A stretch of 64,000 bases of DNA from Octopus sinensis (Eukaryota). This document shows positions 53,160 through 64,000 of the stretch, piece after piece; the stretch's first letter is position 1; each line of letters opens with the position of its first letter. The notes under the pieces are model-generated. The model saw nothing but the letters and a program-made list of their open reading frames with translations, did no database searches and had not been told where the DNA came from. Both the position numbers and the translations under genes were made by a program. The DNA lies in NCBI RefSeq assembly GCF_006345805.1, contig NC_043002.1:54684001-54748000 (forward strand), read 5' to 3'.

Positions 53160-53960
53160 TTATTTCTTTATTGCTCGCAGGGGGCTAAACATAGCGGGAA
53201 CAAACAAGGACAAAGTGATTAAGTCGGTCACATCGACTCCAGTGCATAACTGATACTTAATTTATCGACCCCAAAAGGATGAAAGGCAAAGTCGACCTCG
53301 GCGGAATTTGAACTCAGAACATAAAGACAGATGAAATACCGCTAAGCATTTCGCCCGGTGCGCTAACGTTTCTGCCAGCACGTCCAGCGAAATGCTTAGC
53401 GGTATTTCGTCTGCCGTTACGTTCTGAGTTCAAATTCAGCCGAGGTTGACTTTGCCTTTCATCCTTTCGGGGTCGATTAAATAAGTACCAGTTACGCACT
53501 GGGGTCGATATAATCGACTTAATCCGTTTGTCTGTCCTTGTTTGTCCTCTCTGTGTTTAGCCTCTTGTGGGTAGTAAAGAAATAGGTATTTCGTCTGCCG
53601 TTACGTTCCGAGTTCAAATTCCGCCGAGGTCGACTTTGCCTTTCATCCTTTCGGGGTCGATAAAATAAGTACCAGTTACGCACTGGGGTCGATATAATCG
53701 ACTTAATCTGTTTGTCTGTCCTTGTTTGTCCCCTCTGTGTTAGCCCCTTGTGGTATTTCGTCTGCCGTTACGTTAGGTATTTTGTCTGCCGTTACATTCT
53801 GAGTTCAAATTCCGCCGAGGTCGACTTTGCCTTTCATCCTTTCGGGGTCGATAAATTAAGTACTAGTTACGCACTGGAGTCGATATAATCGACTTAATCC
53901 CTTTGTCTGTCCTTGTTTGTCCCCTCTGTGTTTAGCCCCTTGTGGATAGTAAAGAAATAA
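53160..53960. mobile_element. Cluster of tRNA-derived SINEs with Meta-like core: one minus copy head-to-head with three tandem plus copies
   Basis: Repeated GAGTTCAAATTCCGCCGAGGTCGACTTTGCCTTTCATCCTTTCGGGGTCGATAAA...AGTACCAG. Other copies near 1683, 2735, 14990, 18790, 28165, 34340, 36245, 45120, 52268, 52490, 54858, 55045 and 59532. Confidence 0.9.
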
Positions 53961-55751
53961 AAGCAAATAACATGAACAAGAGAGACAACTCAGGTGCTTC
54001 GAAGGGAGAAAACTCTGGTGACGGGATGTTTCCGTTTCTCATTTTGGAGGTACTCAAGGCATATGGTGTAGGGGTTAGAGTATCCAGTTCAAGTTCGTAA
54101 GGTTGTGAGTTCAATTCCTGGCGACACACTGTGATACTTTATTTCATACTGTTTTAGTTCGCTCAGCTGGCAAAAATTAGTTATAGCAGTATTCGAAAGG
54201 GTCAGCTTTGTCACATTCTGTATCACTCTGAATTCCTTGAGAACTATATTATGGGCACGCGCGTCTGTTGATTATTCAGCCACTTACAGGTTAATTTCAG
54301 GAGCAGGCTGTCTCATTGATGGGATCAACTGGAACCCTCGTTGTCGCAACCGACGGAGTATCAGTTTTGAGGTAATAAGATGCGAAGCTGACAATTTAAC
54401 GCTTAACTGCATTTTTTTCCGGTTTATGTTCTAGGTTCAAATACCGCCAAGCTCGATTTTGTTTTTCATCCTTTCGGGGGTTGGTAAAATAAGTACCAGC
54501 TGAGCGCGTGGGTCTATATAACCGATTCACCGTCCCTTAAAAATTGATGGCTTTATGCCAAAATATGAGACCGCAATTCCGACTTAGACGAAGTTGGGTA
54601 ACAGTAGAATCTTCATCAGACAAAATATGTCCATCGTCTTTTGTTAACGTCACTGGCCCCTATCAGCTGTGCGATTGTGTGAGCGCATGCGTATTTTACA
54701 ACCAGGATACGAAGGAAAACATATTTAAGCACGCAAGGTTTTCAAGATAAAATCGAATTTAATTGAAGATAGTGGTATATGTTTGTAAATAAAGACAAAC
54801 TGGTACTTTTTGCTTATCTCACCCCCATTAAAAAATTGCCATTGAAAAACTGGGTTAAGGTGGCGAGCTGGCAGATACGTTAGCCCACCGGGCGAAATTC
54901 CGCCGAGGTCGACTTTGCCTTTATCCTTTCGGGGTCGATTAAATAAGTACCAGTTACGCACTGGGGTCGATATAATCGACTTAATCCCTTTGTCCTTATT
55001 TGTCCCCTCTATATTTAGCCCCTTGTGGGCAATAAAGGAAAAAGAAACGTTAGCACGCTGGGCGAAATGCTTAGCTGTATTTCGTCTGTTTTTATGCTCT
55101 GAGTTCAAAGTCCGCCGAGGTCGACTTTGCCTTTCTTCCTTTCGGGATCGATAAATTAAGTACCAGTTGCGTACTGAGGTCAATGTAATCGACTGGGCCC
55201 CCTCCCCCAAAATTTCGTGCCTTGTGCCTAGAATAGAAAAGAATTAAAAACTTGGGTTATCTCCCCACTAAAAAGTTGAGTTTATATGGGGAGAAGAGAT
55301 TGGATTAAAAGGGTTTAGATCCTTTTGATTCTATACTTCAACACATTGTTGACTTTTGGCCCCCTCACTAGGCAGGATAGGATTTGCTATAAAAACATTT
55401 TTCGCTTTTCATGTTTATTAATTTTTCATTTTTGTTTTTGTTTTATTGAGGGTTAAGCAATTTTTTTAGTTGGGGGAGATACTCCAATTTTTTAAAGGGG
55501 GTGAGATAACCAAAAAGTACCGACAAACTGTATACACTCACAAACAAAAATCAGAGAGCATATTAGTCAACATCTGTTTATGTTCTGAGTTCAAATCCTG
55601 CCGTAGCTCATTTTGTCTCCCGAGAGTCGATAAAATAAAGCATTTATCAAATACTGGGCTTGATTTAATTGACTGCACTCTCTCATCAAATTTATGGCGT
55701 TGTCTCGATAATAGGAATCATAATTCTGAGATGGATGGGGTGCTATATATA

Positions 55752-57740
55752 TATAATAATAATAATAATAATGAAATTATTGTATACAGTGCTCAGGTGC
55801 ACCACAACTTGTCAGAAAGTGCATATAAAGTACATGCAGTAATGTAGAAATGTCTGGAAAGCGAACAATGTATGAGTCAGATACATGCTTGTGTGTGTAT
55901 GGAGGGGAGAAAATCAAGTGTAGTGTTAGCGAATCTCAGGAAGCATGGAAGTTTTGAAGGATGCAGTGCTCCGACAACTAACAACCGATGCCGGCAGTTT
56001 GTTCCATGCTTCAGCAACTCTCAGCGTGAAAAAATGTTTCCTGAAGTCATGGGAGCTGTGCTGTTTTCTTACTTTGTAAATATGTCCACGGGTGTTAGAT
56101 GGGTGGAGTTTGAAGAGGTGCTCAGAGTTATTGTTTGTGCGATGGTTGATAATTTTATGGGTGTCTGCCAAGTCAGCTGCCAGACGTCGGAGTTTCAATG
56201 TGTCCATGCCCAGGGAAGTAAGGCGTTCAGGATATGGCAAATGCCTGATGGAGGGTATTCTTTTGGTTGCACGTCGCTGAACAGCTTCCAGACGATTGAT
56301 GTCCTGGGCAAGATAGGGGTTCCAGACCGGTGATGCAAATTCCAGGTGAGGTCTTACCATAGCTATATAAAGCCGCAGATAGATAGCCGGAGAGCGGCTC
56401 ACAAAGGATTTGGTGGGTGATGCCAAGACACCCTCAGCCTTCTTGACAATTTTAGCGATGTGTTTTGTCCAGCGCAAATCACTGTCGACAGTAACACCCA
56501 GGTCACGTTCACATGAAGACTTTTTGAGACTAGTGTTGTGGAGGGAGTAGGTGGACGCTGGGTTTCTCCTCCCAAAATGCATGGTGGTACATTTGTCCAC
56601 AGCCAGCTTGAGTTGCCAGTCCATGATCCACTGCTGCATTGTGTCCAGGTCTGCTTGCAATAGAGATCTATAGTGTACAGGATTTGACCTCTTTATTTCG
56701 AGGTACAGCTTGATGTCATCTGCATATTTCAGCACTATGGCATTCTTTAAGTTGGCATCTATGTCATTAACATATGCAACAAATAAAAGGGAGCCAAGAA
56801 CAGATCCCTGTGGTACACCAGATGTCATCTCATAGGGCGAAGAGTGCTGTCCTAGAACTGTGACAACCTCTTTTCGGCTGAAAATAAAGGACTTTAACCA
56901 GTTATAGAGTTCGTCTCTCACACCCAACGCAGAAAGCTTCACCATGTCTTTTGTGTGGCACAGAGTTAAAAGCCTTAGCAAAGTCCAGGTAAACAACATC
57001 CACCCAGGATCCGTGATCAGTGATTTGGGTAACGTCCTCAAGAAACTCGATGAGTTGATTACAGCAGCTGGAGTTAGGAATAAATCCGAATTGTGACGGC
57101 TGGATGAGGCTGTGAGACTTCTAGAAGTTCCAGAGGGTTTCTCTGATACAGGATTCCATCAGTTTGGCGATGCAGCTAGTAAGACTGACGGGGCGATAGT
57201 TGACAGGCGATGTGCGGTCGCCTTTTTGAACAGAGGGATGACACTGGCAGTTTTCCACTGTTCTGGAGTAACACCATTGTCAAGACAGAATTGGAAGAAT
57301 AGAGAAAGTTGGCTTAGAAGAAAGTACCCACCGCGTTTGAGAAGTAGGTATGTAACACCATCGAGACCAGGAGAGGCATAATTGCGTTTATTCTTTAGGT
57401 GGCGTTGCAGCATTGCTGGTGTAAATTGCATAGTAGATATAGAGTCCGATGTCAGTGGTGATGAAGATGGAACATTTTGGTCTTCGACAGTAAAGATGTC
57501 GGCATAGCATCCAGCAATGATTTCTGCACATTCTTCGGGATTACCAGTAATCTGTCCTGTGTGGGGATTGCGAAGGGGACCAACTGGAGAGTGGGGTCTC
57601 TGCTTTGAGTGCACATACTTCCAGAACACTTTGCTGTCAGGGTTAGCTGCAATGCGTTGTTCAAATTCAAGCACTGCTTTTTTTGTCACCTGCTTGAGGT
57701 GGTTGGCTGACCTATTGCGCTTTTTCCTGTTGCTATACTC
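55752..57740 (-). mobile_element. 5'-truncated CR1-clade LINE (reverse transcriptase, frameshifted)
   Basis: ORFs 55926..57041 and 57159..57689 with SGVPQGSVLG, YADD, ERDLGV, VRPHLEFASPVWNP and FFTLRV..WNKLP; (TAT)n 3' tail. Confidence 0.95.
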
Positions 57741-58481
57741 ACACTATATTTTAGATTAAGATTTGAGACAACTGCGGGACTTGATAGAGTTAGTGTTTGA
57801 TATCTAAATTTGTTACGATAAAGAACACTGAAATCAGATAAGATAAATATTCATTTTTATTGGGGTGGGGTGGGGCAATATTGTTGTTACTACGAACGAC
57901 AAACACTGAAATAGTTCGAAGATTATTGTTGTTGGATTCTATAGAATAGTAGTCGTTGCTGTGATGTTAGCTGATCATTGTGTACTGCAGTCACTTTCCG
58001 TTCATAGTTTTAGCGTTGTGACAGCGCCCTCGTCAGCTGCTAGTTTTGCTACGTGTTCTGTGTCCGGTCTGATGTCCACGTCCGCTCGTAGTGGCCAAAA
58101 AATGCGCTGAATATTCAGTGGTGGTCTTGCTCATAAAAAGCGCACCAAATATGAAATTGCTATTAGATCCGGCTCCACACGAAGTTTCAAATGATCAGAA
58201 ATTTTGATGGCGTTGGCAATCGCTATCATATTATTCAGTATTCTTTTTTCTTTTGCCATCGGATATTGTGATCTGGGTTCGATTGCTTAATATTCTTGCA
58301 ACAAATTAGAGATCTATTACAAATTAGTAATTCAATTCAGAGATCTATTCCAACGGCAGGGCATTATTTTTAGGCCCAGAAAATACTTTAACACTGGCCA
58401 GTTGGCAACGACGTCTTACAAAACCAAATGCGATTCATATTACATTAGATTATCGGAGGAACTGGAGCACGTAGTCTAGAC

Positions 58482-59142
58482 TAGTGCTTCTCAAACTATC
58501 TGATGTGTTTGTTTTGTTTTCCAATGTGCCAGGGACCGGTAATATTTCATGGTAATATTAAATTATACCGGAAACAATATATATATATAATGAATATAAT
58601 AAAAGTTGACAATTTTTTTTCATAACGAGAGATATTCAGCAACAGTACTTTGGAGTAAAGATTGTTTGCCAACATAATATGGCAGTCCTAGTTTAGGACG
58701 AATGTTGTTGTAATTTAGCCCCAGGAAACATAGTCTCCAGCTGGCTATACGACACGATCTGTGTCCTTATATTTTCGAACAAAGGAATCCAGCACAGATA
58801 TTGTTTTGAGCTGAGTTGGGGTGCTAGAATCCCTTGTTCGAAAATATAAGGACACAAATCGTGTCGTATAGCCAACTGGAAATGATGTCTCTTGGGGCTA
58901 AATTACAGCAACATTCGTCCTAAACCAGGACTGCCATGTTATGCTAGCAAACAATCTTTACTCCAATTTTATTCATCTTATATTTATTTTGTAAACAAAT
59001 AATACAATGTTACATAAGCTGATAAGTTGTTTACTGCAATGCATAAAGCAAAATTACTGAAATTATGCTATTGTTTCTTTCTTTTCTGGAAACTCGCCGC
59101 GTACCGGCACTGGTCCGCGGACTACCATTTTGGGTAGCACTG
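58482..59142. mobile_element. Non-autonomous hAT (Charlie-like) element
   Basis: TIRs TAGTGCTTCTCAAA / TTTGGGTAGCACTG; 8-bp TSD GTCTAGAC (58474-58481) / GTCTACAC (59143-59150). Confidence 0.8.
58650..58966. repeat. Long inverted repeat (foldback), arms about 145 bp, spacer about 25 bp
   Basis: ttggagtaaagattgtttgc...ttcgaacaa mirrored by ttgttcgaa...gcaaacaatctttactccaa. Confidence 0.92.
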
Positions 59143-59531
59143 GTCTACACCTCATCCTCGTAAATATACAACTGAATGTCAAACTTTCCAACATTACATT
59201 CACTATTACATATGTATGTTTTGTATGTGAGTTACGACTGAATGAAGAGCTAATATTCATCGGACAGTATGTAGTGGAACTTTGATGTAAATGTGTGTGT
59301 GGTTGTTTGGGGGTAACTGCGCCTTTAGCGAAGGAGATTGTGAAAGCTTGAACTTACTGTGGCACTGAGTATGTCTAAATGGTATTTAATTTGAGCAGTT
59401 TCATTTCAATGTAAAAATTGTGATGATGTTAGGCGCTCTATTTTATGTTCCTTGCAGTTTGTTGTGGAGAAAATGGAGGTCTAGACAGGACAAAATACAA
59501 CTCATCATTGATGTAATATATTGTCGAGGAG

Positions 59532-59750
59532 GGCGGCGAGCTGGCAGAAACGTTAGCACGCCGGGCGAACTGCGTAGCCGTATTTCGTCTGCCGTTACGT
59601 TCTGAGTTCAAATTCCGCCGAGGTCGACTTTGGCTTTCATCCATTCGGGGTCGATAAATTTAGTACCAGTTACGCACTGGGGTCGATATAATCGACTAAA
59701 TCCCTTTGTCTGTCTCCTCTGTGTTTAGCCCCTTGTGGGTAGTAAAGAAA
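59532..59750 (+). mobile_element. Near-intact Meta-core SINE copy
   Basis: GGCGGCGAGCTGGCAGAAACGTTAGCACGCCGGGCGAA head through the AGCCCCTTGTGGGTAGTAAAGAAA tail. Confidence 0.88.
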
Positions 59751-60907
59751 CAAATATATTGTCGAGAAGAGAGAGAATAGAGGAGTAGACAGGATTAACA
59801 CAGTCCACCGTAGATGTAATATAAATTGACGTTATCTGCATTGAAAGCCCTGTCTGTTCAGTACTAAGCAAAGACCACAGCACATCAAGTTACCATATTT
59901 AGTGGCGACTACATATTTAAGGTGATGTTTGACCCATATTTCAGTCAATTGTCTTATTTCGTCACTGATCTTCTTGATGCCTGTTGTCGTCTCAATTGTG
60001 TCATTTCAGACTCTTTACAGCCACTTGATGGTCCAGTATTCTCTTTAAGCATGTGAATTGGAACGTTGTCCATTGGTTTCCCTTCTGTTTTTATCACTTT
60101 CCAGTTTCCACATCCGTAGAGTAATTCTAAACCAGGAAGCCCAGGCTACACAAAGCGTGCATCACTAAAAGTTTGGAATGCATGAATTACTGACGAGGTC
60201 CGGCAGCAGAGACTAAAGTGATGGATGCCGTAGTTCACATACATCATCTTCTGCTAGTGTTAGCCAATTCCCAGCCTCACCTGTCGTGTGCTACAATTGC
60301 TATGATGTTTTGGCTGAATCGCGTCTCTCGGTCAAGTCAGTAGCGAGGAGGTGTCCCGTCGTTGTCCGCGAATAATTACAACGAAAGAATAGGAACGGGA
60401 TTAACTGACTATTAATTAGCTCAGGGAATGAACATTTTCGTGGTCGGTCGATCTTTTAAAAATAGCAACTAAATTTTTCTATTCTATTTATACAATAAAT
60501 TAAATTTAGATATTTTATAATTAAAGTAATTATATATAATTAAGAATTAAATAAAGAATTTAAAAAATATATGTATGTAATGATTATAACATTAATACAT
60601 TAAATTAAAATAAGGATCTCTTCTCACCAGATTATATTAAAGAAAGAGAGGACACATTGGATAGTGGAGTGAGAGAAAGGGAGAGAGAGGGAGAGAGCGA
60701 GGGGGAGAGGGAGATTGTTACGAAGATTGAAGATGTGATGATCCCAACGGGAATACAGGCCTGTTCAAGGGAAGCTCACCCGGGACTAATCAACAACAAC
60801 AACAACAAAAGCAACATATATCTTAAAATAAATTGCCCAAAATACGAATCTGGTTAAATAATACTAATTTCCCTCATTAAGGTTACGAAATTATGTGGAA
60901 TAAATTG

Positions 60908-61610
<703 letters not shown>

Positions 61611-62214
61611 TTTGTCAGCTTTAGGTTATGGTATTTCTAGTATAGAAAATTCCATATTTAACACTCCATGACCTAAAGGTGACATGCCTAAATAAATACA
61701 CATAAATCACAAAGCTTTACATGCTAGTTTGAACTATGAACAATAACCTCCTTCTTCCCAAAACAAACAGATTAAATCTCTCATTACTGCTCAAATAAAA
61801 TCAACAACTAAACCTAATTACTTATTCTTTGATCAACTAACTTTTTCACCGACCTACGGTCGGTTACAACTCTTATGAAAGAACCGTAAATCTGAAGCTG
61901 ACGCACCTAAATTGACACACCTGGTTACAAAGTTCTGCATGACTGAATTCTGAACGACTCCAAATTTAATAACTAAAAATCTTTTATAATATCTTTCCAT
62001 CAGAACCCATCCTACAATATAATTATCATCCAATAGAGCTCCACCTACTCCAGTAAAGTGAAACTTACAAGAAACTGTAGAAAGCAAAAACGAACTCAAA
62101 CGTACCACAGTCCGATGAAGAATAAGACGAAACTTCGAAGTCAATGCCAACACTTTTTGCAAAAAGAATAATATGTATATAGTTCTATATTTGAGAGATG
62201 TGGAATTATTTATA

Positions 62215-63224
62215 TTATTTACATTTGACGGATATTTGTCCCCGTCTTGTTTATTGTTAACACAACGTTTCGGCTGATATACCCTCCAGCCTTCATCAAG
62301 TATCTTGGGGAAATTTCGAACCCGGGTTCTCATTCCTAAGGTATTGTTGTTGTAGTTGTTATTATTATTATTATTCTATGTTTGACTTTTGCTTTATATT
62401 TGTACAAGTTGGCTTCAAGTCTCACCCAGAGACCTCAAGAGACAACAGGTTGGAAGTTCGTGTATTATTATTATTATTGAGTGAGAGAGCAGTTCATGCC
62501 ATCAAAGTGACACTGGGGTAAAATATACGAAGCCCAATATACCCATCATGACTACCCGTCTGATAAGGGTACACCAGGCACATGCATCACAACCATATGT
62601 GCGCGACATGGTGATCTTATATCAAGATAAACAGCACATGACCTTGCAGGTGGAGCCCAGTAAGAATTTTCTTCAGGTTGAGTAGCCCATCCCGCTCAAA
62701 AGGTCCCTGAATAAGGGTTGTTTAAGGATGTTGAAAGAACCACCCATGTTTCCAGAGGTGAATTATTCAAACCCCAAAGAATCCCTCTCAACACATGGCT
62801 ATGATGCTCCCCCACTACTTCTGCTCGTGATCAGAGATGCACATATCGTCAGCCACTAAGGGACATGCTCAACTGGTTAAGGTCAAACAACTGACAAGCA
62901 AATCTGTGGTATTGAGCAGAATATTTGCTGTAGCCCATCTTTTATACCAAAACAAAACAATGTACATGATAACACTTCCAATCAGTTAAGATCAGAAGCC
63001 ATGAGAGCCACTGCCTGGTACTGCATCAGGGCATTTATTATTATTATTATTATCATTATTATTATTATGCCTGGAATCGAACTCTGAATCTTGGGGTTAG
63101 TAGCCTGCGCTCTTAACCACTACACCATATGCCCAAGACACCTGATGAAGGGTGGAGGGTATATCAACCAAAATGTTGAGTTAACAACAAACAAAATGAG
63201 GACAAATATCCGTCAAATGTAAAT
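62215..63224. mobile_element. Composite foldback repeat bounded by inverted Penelope-type terminal repeats with hammerhead-like motifs
   Basis: 62215-62310 is the reverse complement of 63131-63224. It encloses an (ATT)n-flanked 555-bp insert (62480-63035) and a tRNA-like head (63068-63134, minus). Confidence 0.7.
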
Positions 63225-63509
63225 AGTATGTATGTATGTATGTATGTATGTATGTATGTACGTACGTATGTATGTATGAGGGTGTTCGTGTTAGAGTATG
63301 TATGAATATATATGTGTATGTCTATACACACAATACATAATTACGCATGAGTGTGTATGTTCACACGGGCATAAATGCATATCTATGTGTGTATAATTGT
63401 ATCTATGTACTATAATGATACTCATGGCTTAATCTAACCGTTTAGATTAGATTAAAATCAAGCAGACACACCAGCTGAGTTTTCTTGGTAATGTGTTTGG
63501 ATGAACTCA

Positions 63510-63545
<36 letters not shown>

Positions 63546-63637
63546 GATACATGAATATATTCACATTAATATGTATGAAAGAGAGAGAGATAGAGAATCG
63601 ATTTAGGCATGTATATGTATATAAATATGTATACATA

Positions 63638-63674
<37 letters not shown>

Positions 63675-64000
63675 CATATGTATGAAGTGCGCGCACGCAC
63701 ACACACACACAGAGTAGGTTACTTTCGTCGCTCTACATCAATGCTTCATCCTCTCTCTCTCTGCAAGATTCCAGTTTGTGTATCGGGTTCCAATTACGTG
63801 TTCTTCGTAACAGCAAGTTGGTAAGCTTCTACACATTCGCTTTTTGGTATTGTATACAATAGATACACCTGCTGCTGCTGCTGTTGTTTTTTTATTTCTT
63901 ATCTCCATTACCGACACCTACGGAACGGTCCCTTAAAGAAATAACAGAAGAAAAGTGAAGAACTTTCAACCTCTTTGTCGCGACATCGAACACTATATTT

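Noticed and set aside
63715-63830. Possible first exon of a neighbouring plus-strand gene (TTG|gtaagc near 63820)
   Set aside because: Only a donor motif and local CpGs at the window edge; insufficient evidence

Overview
AT-rich, repeat-dense eukaryotic genomic DNA. The SINE and microsatellite families look like those of an octopod cephalopod (inference). Two genes are visible. (1) A complete minus-strand ZNF207/BuGZ gene: 9 coding exons at 23710-44592, 385 aa, a U12-type first intron, and a promoter near 44.9 kb. (2) The 3' exons of a plus-strand SCPEP1-like serine carboxypeptidase (5132-11394) with two in-frame stops, probably a pseudogene. The rest is SINEs, LINE fragments (CR1, RTE, R4-like), a Penelope-like element, decayed hammerhead-ribozyme motifs, a mariner relic, MITEs and microsatellites. 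The most notable observation lies downstream of the ZNF207 stop codon on the same strand. There is a chain of candidate non-coding exons and three copies of a 72-88 nt four-way-junction RNA motif with conserved junction sequence, compensatory stems and variable loops. Two copies start about 12 nt after a perfect GC-type 5' splice site (CAG|GCAAGT). This suggests a structure-dependent splicing/NMD feedback module that I do not recognise as described. All splice and fold calls were made by eye, and repeat boundaries are approximate.
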